A stretch of DNA of 64,000 nucleotides, from the NCBI GenBank assembly GCA_965223665.1, contig OZ245011.1, positions 3,840,001-3,904,000 on the forward strand, in the 5' to 3' direction. The position numbers and the translations under genes are program-made. Numbering within the stretch: position 1 is the first letter of the stretch; each line of letters opens with the position of its first letter. This stretch comes from Nitrospinaceae bacterium (GTDB lineage: Bacteria > Nitrospinota > Nitrospinia > Nitrospinales > Nitrospinaceae). The notes below the pieces were generated by a model that was not told the DNA's origin, made no database searches, and saw nothing but the letters and a program-made list of their open reading frames with translations. Shown here one piece after another: positions 1 to 10,659 of this stretch.

Positions 1-919
1 AATTTTTTAATGACTGAGTAATTTCATTGAATTCCATGTTTAATTCCATGCCCACGGCAACTGCCGCTAAAGTGTTTAAGACATTGTGACGTCCTGGGGC
101 AATTGAATGAATTTCTCCCAAAGATTTTCCCTGGTAGTTGACCGTAAACCAGGTATCCAACCCGTTGTTAGAAATGTCTTTTGCTGTATAATCCGCTTGG
201 CTGGTTAATCCATAGGTGATATACCGTTTTTCTAATTGCGGGATGAGTGATTGTAAATTAGGTTCGTCCAAACATAGAATCGAGCAACCGTAAAAAGGAA
301 CATTGTTCAAAAATTTCAAGAAAGTTTGTTTTAAGTTATCCAATGTTTTGTAATGATCCATGTGTTCTTCGTCCAGGGTCGTGACAACGGCTATGGTTGG
401 CGACAGTTTCAAAAAAGAACCGTCGCTTTCGTCAGCTTCTGCAACTAAATACTCGCTTTCCCCGACCTTGGCATGACTGCCCGCGCTTTTGAGCCTACCC
501 CCCACCACAACAGTAGGATCAAGGTGGCCCCCCGCAAGGACAGTAGCTACTAAGGAAGTAGTAGTCGTTTTTCCATGTGTTCCTGCAATGGCTATCCCAT
601 ATTTCATTCTCATTAATTCGGCCAGCATTTCTGCGCGGGGAATAACCGGAATCATCTGGTCTTTAGCGGCTAAAACTTCAACGTTATAAGATTTTACTGC
701 GCTAGAGGTAACTACAACCTGAGACCCTTCAATATTTTTCGCATGATGCTCGTATTGAATTTCTGCCCCCATTTTCGTCAAATGGTCGGTAACATGGGTT
801 TTGGCTAGATCTGAACCTGAGACTGTGAATCCTTCATTTATTAAAACCTCAGCGATTCCGCTCATGCCAGATCCTCCGATCCCTACAAAATGAATATGTT
901 TTGTTTTTCCTAAAAACAT
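1..919 (-). CDS. murC: UDP-N-acetylmuramate--L-alanine ligase (3' end runs off the window)
   Basis: Not in the ORF track. Manual translation from ATG at 919 gives MFLGKTKHIHFVGIGGSGMSGIAEVL, later IAGTHGKTTTTS and EADESDGSF. Lies directly downstream of murG. Confidence 0.96.
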   Translation of the reverse strand, partial: MFLGKTKHIHFVGIGGSGMSGIAEVLINEGFTVSGSDLAKTHVTDHLTKMGAEIQYEHHAKNIEGSQVVVTSSAVKSYNVEVLAAKDQMIPVIPRAEMLAELMRMKYGIAIAGTHGKTTTTSLVATVLAGGHLDPTVVVGGRLKSAGSHAKVGESEYLVAEADESDGSFLKLSPTIAVVTTLDEEHMDHYKTLDNLKQTFLKFLNNVPFYGCSILCLDEPNLQSLIPQLEKRYITYGLTSQADYTAKDISNNGLDTWFTVNYQGKSLGEIHSIAPGRHNVLNTLAAVAVGMELNMEFNEITQSLKN

Positions 920-952
920 TTGATCTGATCATCTCTTATTTGTTAAGGTGCC

Positions 953-2044
953 TTAAGCGGCAATTTTCATCATTTCTAAGCAAATATTACGTACTTGATT
1001 GGTTGCGTTTCTTTTTCCCAGTTGAAAACTCTTTTTGCTGCGTTTGATAATTTCTCCCGGGTTTTTCAAAGCGAATAAAATCGAGTCAGCCAATCTTCTT
1101 CCACTAATATCTCGGTCTAAAATCATTTCTGCTGCTCCGGCTTGCACCAATGTTTGCGCATTGTGTTCCTGGTGATTGTGGGCTGCAAATGGAAAAGGGA
1201 TTAATATTGAAGCTTTGCCCATTGCAGTTAACTCCGCCAAAGTAGTGGCCCCAGCCCGGCAAATTACTAAAGAGGCCTTTTGGTATTGATTAGCCATATC
1301 AAAAATAAAAGCGTTGACTTCAGCCTCAAACCCTTTTTCTTGATAGTGATTTTTTAATTTTTTTTCGTCTGTTTCACCCGTTTGATGGATGAAAGTTAAT
1401 TGGTTTTTTGCAGACTCCAAAAAATTTAATGCTTCTGCCATTGCTTGGTTAATAGAATGAGCTCCCTGACTGCCCCCCAATAATAAAATGGTAGTTTTTT
1501 CTTTTGGAGTGGTATCGGGTTCTGAGGCATTACTAAATTCCTCGCGTATCATATTTCCAGTGAATACTACTTTTTCTTTTGGAAAATATTTTTCACCTTC
1601 CTGAAAAGATATCGCGACCTTATTTACAATCTTTCCCAACAAACGATTGGTGACTCCAGGAATAGTATTTTGTTCATGTATCAAAATTGGAATAAATAAC
1701 ATTCTTGCAGCTAAAGCAACTGGCCCTGATACATAGCCTCCTACTCCGATTACCAGGGAAGGTCTTTCTTTTAGAAGTAAAGTTAGAGACTGTGCCAGGC
1801 TAATTGGGAGTTTGAGCCAACCGGTCCAGCGTTTAAGGCCTTTTTTGCCGAGTAATCCTGCCGAATCTATAGTTTTCAAGGTCAAGCCTTCCTTAGGTAA
1901 AACTTTTGACTCTATTCCCCGTTCAGTTCCCACAAAGGTTATTTGAAATTCAGGGTCGTACTTCATAAGTGATCTCGCTAAAGCAATTCCGGGAAAAAGA
2001 TGTCCACCTGTACCACCCCCGGCTATTACTATCTTTTTCCTCAT
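953..2044 (-). CDS. murG: Lipid II GlcNAc transferase MurG
   Basis: GGGTGGH, HEQN, GGSQGA and RAGATT motifs; dcw context. Confidence 0.97.
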   Translation of the reverse strand: MRKKIVIAGGGTGGHLFPGIALARSLMKYDPEFQITFVGTERGIESKVLPKEGLTLKTIDSAGLLGKKGLKRWTGWLKLPISLAQSLTLLLKERPSLVIGVGGYVSGPVALAARMLFIPILIHEQNTIPGVTNRLLGKIVNKVAISFQEGEKYFPKEKVVFTGNMIREEFSNASEPDTTPKEKTTILLLGGSQGAHSINQAMAEALNFLESAKNQLTFIHQTGETDEKKLKNHYQEKGFEAEVNAFIFDMANQYQKASLVICRAGATTLAELTAMGKASILIPFPFAAHNHQEHNAQTLVQAGAAEMILDRDISGRRLADSILFALKNPGEIIKRSKKSFQLGKRNATNQVRNICLEMMKIAA

Positions 2045-2053
2045 GATTTCAAC

Positions 2054-3166
2054 TTAAGACCGAATGGTGTTTTCGGAAATATTTAATAAAACTCCCATAC
2101 TGGCCATAGTGATCAGTAGGGAGGACCCACCTAAACTGATAAATGGCAATGTCAGTCCTTTTGTTGGTAATATCCCAACAGCTACTCCCATGTTAATTAA
2201 AGCTTGTATTCCTACTGTAAAAGTCAACCCGAAGGCTAAATGAGTTCCAAATAAATCTTTGGCGCGAAAGGCGGTGCTTAAACCTCTCCAAATTAATAAA
2301 GCAAATAAAGTTATGATTACTAATGATCCTATAAACCCAAGTTCCTCTCCAATCACGGAAAAAATAAAATCGGTATGTGCTTCCGGTAAATAAAAAAGTT
2401 TTTGTTTGCTGTCGCCTAATCCCAATCCCCAAATTCCGCCTCGCCCGAAAGCTAAAAAGGATTGCACAGCCTGAAAGCCACTATTTCCAGCATCTGACCA
2501 TGGGTCTAAAAAAGATAATAGTCTGCGTGCTCTATATTCTGTTCCCCATACTGCTGAAATCAAAAAAGGTAATACTGCCAACACAGAAATGAATAGAAAT
2601 TTCTTGCGGATGCCAGCAATAAAGAACATTGAAAAGGATACGGCAGAAATAATCATGGCCGTTCCAAAGTCCGGTTGAAATAAAATCAGTATAAAAAATA
2701 TTCCTAATACAATGAGGTTTGGAAGATAACCGTATGTAAAGTTTTTTAATTTTGAAGATCGCTTTACCATTGAATGGGCAATAAAAAGTACTATTGCAAA
2801 CTTTGCTAATTCGGAGGGTTGGAATGTGAAGCCAAAAAAATTAAGCCACCGCCGAGCACCCCCCACTTCTTTCCCCCAACCAGGGACAATAACTAATATT
2901 AGAAGGGTTAACGAAATTATAAGAATGGGGTAATTAAACTTTTGCCAATTATGGTAGTCCGTATGTCGAGCCCACAATAAAATTCCAGTTCCTAATAAAA
3001 CCCAAAGCAAGTGGCGTTTTAAAAAATAATAAGAATCCTGATATTCTTGCATGGCGTAAACTGCGCTTGAACTAAAGACCATCACAATTCCAGCTATTAC
3101 TAACGTTGCAATCGTTAGGCTTAACAAAACATCACTGGTTTGTTGTTTGATTCTTGACCGATTCAT
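2054..3166 (-). CDS. ftsW: SEDS peptidoglycan polymerase FtsW
   Basis: Multi-TM protein with GARRW, FQPSELAK, LPEAHTDFIF and GLTLPFISLGGSS; between murD and murG. Confidence 0.96.
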   Translation of the reverse strand: MNRSRIKQQTSDVLLSLTIATLVIAGIVMVFSSSAVYAMQEYQDSYYFLKRHLLWVLLGTGILLWARHTDYHNWQKFNYPILIISLTLLILVIVPGWGKEVGGARRWLNFFGFTFQPSELAKFAIVLFIAHSMVKRSSKLKNFTYGYLPNLIVLGIFFILILFQPDFGTAMIISAVSFSMFFIAGIRKKFLFISVLAVLPFLISAVWGTEYRARRLLSFLDPWSDAGNSGFQAVQSFLAFGRGGIWGLGLGDSKQKLFYLPEAHTDFIFSVIGEELGFIGSLVIITLFALLIWRGLSTAFRAKDLFGTHLAFGLTFTVGIQALINMGVAVGILPTKGLTLPFISLGGSSLLITMASMGVLLNISENTIRS

Positions 3167-3202
3167 AATTCCTTTTTACGTTTGACTTTATTTGAAAAAT
3201 AC

Positions 3203-4537
3203 CTAAAGCTTCTTTACAAAATCTTTAAACTTAGTTCCTCTTTCCGCAAAATCTTTGAACATGTCAAAGCTAGCGCAACCGGGGGAAAGCAAAACGACTT
3301 CTCCGGAGTTTGTCATGGAATATGCTTTTTCGACTGCAGTTTCTAATGAGTCAGCCTCTTCGCATCGGGTAGAACTGGCAAATTCATTTTTAATTTTTTC
3401 TTTGGCATTCCCGATTAGAATGAGCAGCTTCACTTTTTTTTGAATTAAATTTTTTAATGGAGAAAAATCTGCTCCTTTATCCTGCCCACCCATAATTAGA
3501 GTTACTGGATGACTCATGCACCTTAGCGACTTTTCTACGGCTCCAATATTGGTTCCTTTGGAATCATTGATATACTCCACTCCATTTAAATTGCGCACCC
3601 ATTCCAGCCTATGCTCTAAGCCTGAAAAGGACTCAAGAGCTTTTTTAATATCGTGTGTATTTATCCCTATTGCCACTGCCGCAGTAACCGCAGCTAACAC
3701 ATTTTCCAGCTGCCATTTTAGAGATATTTGGAGGTTGTCGATTTTGCAGATAAACTTTTCTTTTCCATCCAGGTTTACCATAATGGATTCATTTTTTAGA
3801 TATCCACCCGTTTTTACTTTGTGTTGTGTACTAAAATAAAGTTTTGTAGCTTTCAGACCCTCAGAAATATTGTTGACCCATTCGTCATCTTTATTGAGAA
3901 TTAAAAAATCTTGTGCCTCCTGGTTTTCTGCAATTTTTCTTTTTATTTGTGCGTAATGCTCTATAGTTGAATGCCTATCCAAATGGTCAGGGGTGATATT
4001 TAAAATTAAACTAACTCGAGGATGAAAAAGATGGGTTCCCTCAAGTTGGAAACTACTTACTTCAATAACTAAATAATCTTCAGGAGGTTCTTCTAATAAG
4101 GAAACAAAAGGGATCCCTATGTTTCCTCCGACTCTAATATCTTTACCCGCAGACTCTAAAATAGCTCCAATTAAAGTTGTTGTGGTAGATTTACCATTAG
4201 TTCCTGTAATGGCTATAATCTGGGTGGAAGTCATTTGACTTGCTAGTTCTAATTCGCTGATGATCATTTTCTTCCTAGCCCGAGCTTCTTTTAATTCAGG
4301 AGAATGAATGTCCATTCCTGGGCTTAAGATGATCAAATCGGATTCCGGTGCAGGTTCTGAAGTTCCAAACAATTTTTTTATTCCAGGTAAAAGTTGTTTT
4401 GAAATATCTCTAAGTGATTCTTCAGATTTCTTATCCTGTAGAACAACACGTGCACCTTGCTTTTGTAAGAAGTTAGCAGTCGAAATCCCTGTTTTTGCCA
4501 TACCAATGACTGACACTGTTTTTCCTTTCAAGTCCAT
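3203..4537 (-). CDS. murD: UDP-MurNAc-L-Ala--D-glutamate ligase
   Basis: ITGTNGKSTTT, EVSSFQL, NDSKGTN and LLSPGCASFDMF. Confidence 0.97.
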   Translation of the reverse strand: MDLKGKTVSVIGMAKTGISTANFLQKQGARVVLQDKKSEESLRDISKQLLPGIKKLFGTSEPAPESDLIILSPGMDIHSPELKEARARKKMIISELELASQMTSTQIIAITGTNGKSTTTTLIGAILESAGKDIRVGGNIGIPFVSLLEEPPEDYLVIEVSSFQLEGTHLFHPRVSLILNITPDHLDRHSTIEHYAQIKRKIAENQEAQDFLILNKDDEWVNNISEGLKATKLYFSTQHKVKTGGYLKNESIMVNLDGKEKFICKIDNLQISLKWQLENVLAAVTAAVAIGINTHDIKKALESFSGLEHRLEWVRNLNGVEYINDSKGTNIGAVEKSLRCMSHPVTLIMGGQDKGADFSPLKNLIQKKVKLLILIGNAKEKIKNEFASSTRCEEADSLETAVEKAYSMTNSGEVVLLSPGCASFDMFKDFAERGTKFKDFVKKL

Positions 4538-4540
4538 GTT

Positions 4541-5626
4541 TTATCGAAGCTTTAAAGTGCTTAAGCTAATCATGGCTAAAACGATTGCGATAATCCAAAA
4601 TCTAACAATGACTTTTGGCTCTTCCCATCCCAATTGTTCAAAGTGATGGTGTAAAGGAGCCATTTTGAAAAATCGCTTGCCCCCGGTGTATTTGAAATAA
4701 GCGACTTGAATAATTACTGAAAGTGCTTCAATTACAAATATGCCACCTACTAAAATCAACAATAGTTCTTGTTTAGAAATAACTGCAACGGTTCCTAATA
4801 CTCCTCCAAGAGAAAGAGAGCCTACGTCTCCCATAAACATTTGTGCGGGATAAGCATTGAACCAAAGAAATCCTAAGCTGGCTCCGACGATGGCGGAGGT
4901 TAAGACTGCAATTTCTCCCGCATCTCGGATATGTTGTATATTGAGGTAGTCTGCAAACTTAAAATGGCCCGAAATATAAGCAATTCCGGTATAAGTTAAC
5001 GTGGCAATTATGATCGGACCAATGGCCAATCCATCAAGGCCATCAGTTAGGTTTACTGCGTTAGAAGTTCCTACAATAATGAATATGATTAATACGACAT
5101 AACCCCAACCCAAATCTGGATTGACGTCTTTGAAAAAGGGAACATAAAGATTTGTTGCGTAATCAGCTCGTTGAGGATCGAAATACACTAAATAAATTCC
5201 TACGCCTAAACTGATTAATATTTGAAAAAACAACTTTCCTTTGGCGGTGATACCTTTCCCCTTACGAAGCTTGAGCCAATCGTCAAAAAAACCAAGTAAA
5301 CCAAACCCCAAGGCAACATAAACCAGCAGCCATATGTAGAAATTAGTCAGGTTAGACCAAAGGATGGTTGCAAATAAAAAAGCAAATATAATGAGAAGTC
5401 CGCCCATTGTGGGAGTTCCCGATTTCGCCATATGCTGCTGCGGGCCTTCTTCGCGAATCGTTTCCCGAATTTGCATCCTTTGTAAGAACCTGATGAGAAT
5501 GGGTCCAAAAAGCAAACACAATGCAAGAGCTGTCAGGCCTGCATAAGCGGATCTAAAAGTAATATAGCGAAATACGTTAAATATCGAGTATTCCGAGCTG
5601 AGTGGGTAGAACCAATGATAGAACAT
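4541..5626 (-). CDS. mraY: Phospho-MurNAc-pentapeptide transferase
   Basis: GTPTMGG, NAVNLTDGLDGL, FMGDVGS and MAPLHHHFE. Confidence 0.98.
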   Translation of the reverse strand: MFYHWFYPLSSEYSIFNVFRYITFRSAYAGLTALALCLLFGPILIRFLQRMQIRETIREEGPQQHMAKSGTPTMGGLLIIFAFLFATILWSNLTNFYIWLLVYVALGFGLLGFFDDWLKLRKGKGITAKGKLFFQILISLGVGIYLVYFDPQRADYATNLYVPFFKDVNPDLGWGYVVLIIFIIVGTSNAVNLTDGLDGLAIGPIIIATLTYTGIAYISGHFKFADYLNIQHIRDAGEIAVLTSAIVGASLGFLWFNAYPAQMFMGDVGSLSLGGVLGTVAVISKQELLLILVGGIFVIEALSVIIQVAYFKYTGGKRFFKMAPLHHHFEQLGWEEPKVIVRFWIIAIVLAMISLSTLKLR

Positions 5627-5631
5627 GAGTT

Positions 5632-7026
5632 TTAAAGTTTTTCCATTAAGTCATTAAAAACGATTTCAATTTCCGCGCCTCTTGAACCCTTGAATAAAAT
5701 GCAATCACCAGACTGAATAATATTTTTCAAAAAGTCTGCTGCCTCATTTTGTTTTTTGAATCGGTGAATATGGTCATTAGGCATTCCTTTTCCGAATGCT
5801 CCTTCCGATATTTCTTCCGCTAACCCACCTACGGTTACTAAATGATCAATTTTTAAACCCGCAATTATTTCTCCAATTTTTTTGTGCTCTTCATGCTCGG
5901 CTTCTCCGAGTTCTAACATGTCACCTAAAACCAGAATTTTTTTGCCAGGGTGTTGGAAATTGATTAACGTATCTAAGGCTTGACGCATGGATTGAGGGTT
6001 CGCATTGTAAGCATCATTAATAAAGAACATGCTTTTAAATTGAATAACCTCACACCGCTGAGAAAGCTTTTCAATTTTATTTAAGCTTTCATTCATGGTC
6101 TCCAAAGGGACACCCAGACAATACCCAGTTGTAATAGCCGCAAGTGCGTTGTAAACATTTCCAAAACCTAAAAGGGGAACATGTATTGCAATTTCGTGGT
6201 CAAAAATTTTTGCCGTAAAATCATACCCAGATGTTCCATTTAATTTGATATCCCGTGCTTGCACATCTGCAGGTTTTTCGATGCCAAAGGTAATAGTTTT
6301 AGAGCGTAAACGAACTGCCAAATCCCGAACCAAGGGGTCATCAGCATTAACAATAGCTGTTCCGCTTTCCGGAAGGGCCTCAAACAATTCTCCTTTAGCG
6401 GCTTGCACTTCATGAATGGTTTTCAAATGAACCATGTGTGCTTTGGAAATATTGGTAATGAGGCCAACTTCTGGCCGAGCTATTTCAGCCAATTGACGAA
6501 TTTCCCCGGCCGCACTCATACCCATTTCGAAAACAGCAACTTCGTGCGATTCTTCTAACTCAAATATGTTTAAAGGAAGCCCGATATGATTATTTAGGTT
6601 TCCGCGTGTTTTAAAAGTTTTGGCCACAGCGGAAACAACCGCCGCAATCATTTCCTTGGTAGTTGATTTTCCGTTCGAACCTGTAACCCCAATAACCTTT
6701 AGGTTCAACTGATTGCGTCGATACTTTGCTAAATCTTGCATAGCCTTCAAGGTATCAGGAACCCAAACCACAAATGTTCCACTGGCCTCAAGATCCAATT
6801 CGGCTACAATGTCTCGATTGGAGATCACTATCCCTCCCGCTTTTTTTTTGATTACTTCTTTTAAAAAATTGTGTCCGTCAAATCGGTCACCACGAATGCA
6901 AAAAAACAATTGCTGGGGTCGAAGAGTCCTTGAGTCAATCGAAACTCCTTTGAATGAGTCCGAAGCTTTTCCAACAATTTTTTTTCCTTTTACTGCCTCC
7001 AGCAAAGATCCTAAATCACTATTCAT
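5632..7026 (-). CDS. murF: UDP-MurNAc-tripeptide--D-Ala-D-Ala ligase
   Basis: VTGSNGKSTTKE, NNHIGLP, EMGM, NDAYNANP and GDMLELG. Confidence 0.97.
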   Translation of the reverse strand: MNSDLGSLLEAVKGKKIVGKASDSFKGVSIDSRTLRPQQLFFCIRGDRFDGHNFLKEVIKKKAGGIVISNRDIVAELDLEASGTFVVWVPDTLKAMQDLAKYRRNQLNLKVIGVTGSNGKSTTKEMIAAVVSAVAKTFKTRGNLNNHIGLPLNIFELEESHEVAVFEMGMSAAGEIRQLAEIARPEVGLITNISKAHMVHLKTIHEVQAAKGELFEALPESGTAIVNADDPLVRDLAVRLRSKTITFGIEKPADVQARDIKLNGTSGYDFTAKIFDHEIAIHVPLLGFGNVYNALAAITTGYCLGVPLETMNESLNKIEKLSQRCEVIQFKSMFFINDAYNANPQSMRQALDTLINFQHPGKKILVLGDMLELGEAEHEEHKKIGEIIAGLKIDHLVTVGGLAEEISEGAFGKGMPNDHIHRFKKQNEAADFLKNIIQSGDCILFKGSRGAEIEIVFNDLMEKL

Positions 7027-8578
7027 TTAAGCTAAGCCTCTTATTTAAGGCCTTTGTTGCTTCTTCGCGATCATCAAAATGAAACTTTTCCTTTCCAATT
7101 ATTTGATAGTCCTCATGCCCTTTTCCTGCTATCAAAACTAAATCTCCTGAGTTCGCCATTATTATGGCTTCCTCAATCGCCTTTTCCCGAGAAGGTATAA
7201 TGGAATAGTGAGTTCCATATTCCGCATTTTGGGGAAGACCTTCGCTAATATGTTCGATGATTTGTTTTGGGTCTTCAGTTCGAGGATTATCAGATGTAAT
7301 AATTGCATAGTCACTTATCTTTAAAGCGACTTCTCCCATAAGCTTTCGTTTTCCTGGATCCCGATCTCCACCGCATCCAAAAACCACAATAAGATGGTTT
7401 CGCGTTAAGTCTCTGGCGGCTTTCAGTACATTTGCCAGAGCATCATCTGTGTGCGCATAATCTACGGCAACCACAAAGTCTTGCCCGCGATCAATTTTTT
7501 CGAAACGACCAGGCACTTTTATTAAATTGCGGATGCCTTCTGCGATTGTATCTAAAGGAATGTTGTAGTGCAGAGCAACGGCGGAGGCGGAGAGGATATT
7601 ATTTACATTGTGCCAACCAAGCAGGGGGGATAAGATGGCTTGGCTACCAGAGGGCGACTTTAGGATAAACCTAATGCCTTCCTCAGATAGGGCGCAACCC
7701 TCCGCCGTCACGTCTGCTTTTTCTTTTAATCCTGTTGTTAAAGTAGATACATTGGTTTCAAAAACAATTTCTCTTCCAACAGGATCATCGATATTAATGA
7801 CTTGTTTTTTGATATTGCAGTCTTTGAATAAACTTTTTTTTGTATTTTTATAATGCTCAAATGTTTGATGATAATCTAAATGGTCCCGAGTTAGGTTTGT
7901 GAACACACCCACAGAAAAATTCAATTCGCGCACTCGTTTCAAGGCTAACGAGTGAGAAGATACTTCCATGCAACAATGGGGAATATTTTCCGTCACCATT
8001 TTTGCTAAAAAGGAATTTATCTCAAGGGATTCGGGTGTGGTCATTGGGGAGGAGATATTTTTGTTTCCATACCTATATTCAATAGATCCTATTAACCCGC
8101 ATTCTTCTCCATGGGCTTTAAATATGCTTTCCAGCAAATAAGTAATCGTTGTTTTTCCATTTGTTCCTGTAATGCCAGTTAACTTAAGGTGCTGAGAGGG
8201 TTCGTTATAATACTGGGATGATACCCAGGCAAGAGCATGACGAGAATCCTCTACTTGAATAGCAGTTGGCATACTAGAACCAAATTCAAACTCGTCCAAG
8301 ATCGAATTAGACACTTCAGTAATAAAAGCAGCAGCCCCTTTTTGACCCGCTTCTCCAATGAATTGGCTTCCATCATGATTATGCCCAGGAATGGCAACAA
8401 ATAAGCTATCTTCCTCTACTTTTCTCGAATCATAAGCAATAGAAGAAATATTTAAATCCAGACGGCCCTTTGAGTTTAAAATTGGGTAGCCCTCGATCAA
8501 TTGAGACAATTTTATTTGTTTACTCGGTTTGATCATAAAATAGTGAAAACCTTTTTTATTTAGTGAAACACTTTTCAT
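7019..8578 (-). CDS. murE: UDP-MurNAc-dipeptide--meso-DAP ligase (start may be 8536)
   Basis: GTNGKTT, MEVSSH, DYAHT and the DNPR motif associated with mDAP specificity. Confidence 0.96.
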   Translation of the reverse strand: MKSVSLNKKGFHYFMIKPSKQIKLSQLIEGYPILNSKGRLDLNISSIAYDSRKVEEDSLFVAIPGHNHDGSQFIGEAGQKGAAAFITEVSNSILDEFEFGSSMPTAIQVEDSRHALAWVSSQYYNEPSQHLKLTGITGTNGKTTITYLLESIFKAHGEECGLIGSIEYRYGNKNISSPMTTPESLEINSFLAKMVTENIPHCCMEVSSHSLALKRVRELNFSVGVFTNLTRDHLDYHQTFEHYKNTKKSLFKDCNIKKQVINIDDPVGREIVFETNVSTLTTGLKEKADVTAEGCALSEEGIRFILKSPSGSQAILSPLLGWHNVNNILSASAVALHYNIPLDTIAEGIRNLIKVPGRFEKIDRGQDFVVAVDYAHTDDALANVLKAARDLTRNHLIVVFGCGGDRDPGKRKLMGEVALKISDYAIITSDNPRTEDPKQIIEHISEGLPQNAEYGTHYSIIPSREKAIEEAIIMANSGDLVLIAGKGHEDYQIIGKEKFHFDDREEATKALNKRLSLNE

Positions 8579-8587
8579 AAAACTTGC

Positions 8588-10333
8588 TCATGCCCTGTTT
8601 GCAACAATTACACGGTCATTACTGGAGGGTATATTAAGATACCGAAGTGTTTTTCGAGCAATTTCACGAAAGACAGGAGCCGCCACTTCACCCCCCCAAT
8701 GTGATTTTTGTGGTTCGTCGATCATGACTAATATGGCCAACTTAGGTTTATTAGCAGGGACAAAACCAATAAATGAAGCGACATATGCTGTTTTGGAATA
8801 ACCTTTTGTAGCGGGATCTATTTTCTGGGCAGTTCCGGTTTTACCGGCAACCTTAAATCCTTTAATAGATGCTTTTTTTCCGGTTCCTTCAGAAACAACG
8901 GTTTGTAAAACATCAATCATTTGTTGGCTCGTTTCTTCAGATAAGACTCGATAAATTTTTTCAAATGATTTGCTTTTCCAGGGTTTGCCGGATTTTAAAA
9001 TAGTTTTTGTGACATAAGGGCGAACCAAATATCCTCCATTAGCAATGGTTGAAATTGCTGCGATCATTTGCAATGGAGTGGTTGAGATCTCCTGGCCAAA
9101 GGAAACAGAGGCTAACGAAAGTTTAGACCATTTTTTTAATGGCCTTAATGTCCCGGTGGCCTCACCCGGTAAATCAATTCCAAGTTTTTTTCCAAAACCA
9201 AATTTAGTTAGATAGGAGTAAAAGTTTTTCTCCCCTAATTCCTGAGCAATTTTAATTGCGCCGATATTGCTTGACTTTGCGATTATATTTTTTAATGTAA
9301 GCCAACCAAATTTATGGTTCGCCGCTTCTCCAATTACGGTATTGCCCAAACGATATTGGCCGTTTTCACAAAAGAAAATATCGTTTGACTTGGCCAGGCC
9401 TTCCTCCAGGGCTGCTGAAGCTAAAATTGGTTTAAATATAGAACCAGGTTCAAAGGCCCCGGAGACAATATCATTTCTCCAATTGTCCTTGGGATAGGCA
9501 GAATAGTGATTAGGGTTGAACTCAGGCAAGGTCGCCATTGCCAATAGTTCCCCATTGTTAGGATTCATGACAACAGCCAATCCTTTCTTGGCTCCATAAA
9601 GTTTCACTTGGTTTTTTAATTCCTGCTCTGCAATGAACTGAATAACCTCATCGATAGTCAAAACAATATCTTTGTTTTGAGAATAAAGGGGGTCTCCCCA
9701 TCCCCGTTTGGGGAGATAGCGACCTCTAGCGTCCTTTTCCACCAATTGACGAATAATCGTTCCTTTTAATAGAGCGTGTTGATAATGCTCCACTCCAGCG
9801 AGTCCCTGGTTGTCAAGACCGACGAAACCAAGAGTACTGGCTGCTAATTGGCGTTTAGGATAAAAGCGCTTGCTTTCCTTAAAAAAGCCAACCCCTTCCA
9901 GTCCCAACTGCTTCAGTTTTTCCGTACGGTTCAAATCGCACTTTCGTTGAATCCATACAAACTGTTTATTGGATTTGATTTTTTTGGAAATATACTTTGG
10001 CTTCAAATTTAACGTTGAGGATAAAACTTGGATGGTATTTCGCCGATCTAAAATATCTTTTGGATTTACGAAAACCGATTCAACGTCAATATTAATGGCA
10101 AGAGGATTGCCATTTCGATCAAATATGTTTCCTCTTCCCGTTGCGATTTCAACAGTTTTTTTGTACTGTTTTTCCGACTGAGCTAAATATTCCTCGTGTT
10201 TGTAAATTTGTAGATAAATTAACCTACCAATTAAAATGCTTCCGTAACCCAAAAAAAGCAAAGAGACTAAAACCATTCGTACTTTAAGATTGGTTTTAGA
10301 AGATGAAATAGCTTTTTTGCCTTTTTTTCTCAT
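8588..10333 (-). CDS. ftsI: Class B penicillin-binding protein FtsI/PBP3
   Basis: N-terminal TM; RGNIFDRNG; transpeptidase motifs SIFK, SSN and KTG; dcw position. Confidence 0.94.
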   Translation of the reverse strand: MRKKGKKAISSSKTNLKVRMVLVSLLFLGYGSILIGRLIYLQIYKHEEYLAQSEKQYKKTVEIATGRGNIFDRNGNPLAINIDVESVFVNPKDILDRRNTIQVLSSTLNLKPKYISKKIKSNKQFVWIQRKCDLNRTEKLKQLGLEGVGFFKESKRFYPKRQLAASTLGFVGLDNQGLAGVEHYQHALLKGTIIRQLVEKDARGRYLPKRGWGDPLYSQNKDIVLTIDEVIQFIAEQELKNQVKLYGAKKGLAVVMNPNNGELLAMATLPEFNPNHYSAYPKDNWRNDIVSGAFEPGSIFKPILASAALEEGLAKSNDIFFCENGQYRLGNTVIGEAANHKFGWLTLKNIIAKSSNIGAIKIAQELGEKNFYSYLTKFGFGKKLGIDLPGEATGTLRPLKKWSKLSLASVSFGQEISTTPLQMIAAISTIANGGYLVRPYVTKTILKSGKPWKSKSFEKIYRVLSEETSQQMIDVLQTVVSEGTGKKASIKGFKVAGKTGTAQKIDPATKGYSKTAYVASFIGFVPANKPKLAILVMIDEPQKSHWGGEVAAPVFREIARKTLRYLNIPSSNDRVIVANRA

Positions 10334-10341
10334 AGGTAAGT

Positions 10342-10659
10342 TTACTTAATAAAAATTGTTACGGTTTGACCAGGTAAAGGTTCTTGCATTTTCAACCGCT
10401 TTTTTGCGATGTATTGAACTCTATCTAAAGTCTGCAAACTATCTCTTTCTAACTTAAGTAAGGTGTTTTCATGTAACAATTCTTGATTTAAATGCTTTTG
10501 CTCCTCGAATTCGTAAGCGAGGTTGGTGAATTCCACGTTGGGCCATAAATAAGCCAACGCGCTCATTAAGAAAAGACCTGAGGCAATTACCACCAATCGA
10601 AACTCACGTTTCGTTACATGAAAAAAACTTTGTATAGAAAAAAATAGACGATTACTCAT
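10342..10659 (-). CDS. ftsL: Cell division protein FtsL (start 10659 or 10677)
   Basis: Small bitopic protein with a coiled coil and an IAKKRLKM tail, between rsmH and ftsI. Confidence 0.85.
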   Translation of the reverse strand: MSNRLFFSIQSFFHVTKREFRLVVIASGLFLMSALAYLWPNVEFTNLAYEFEEQKHLNQELLHENTLLKLERDSLQTLDRVQYIAKKRLKMQEPLPGQTVTIFIK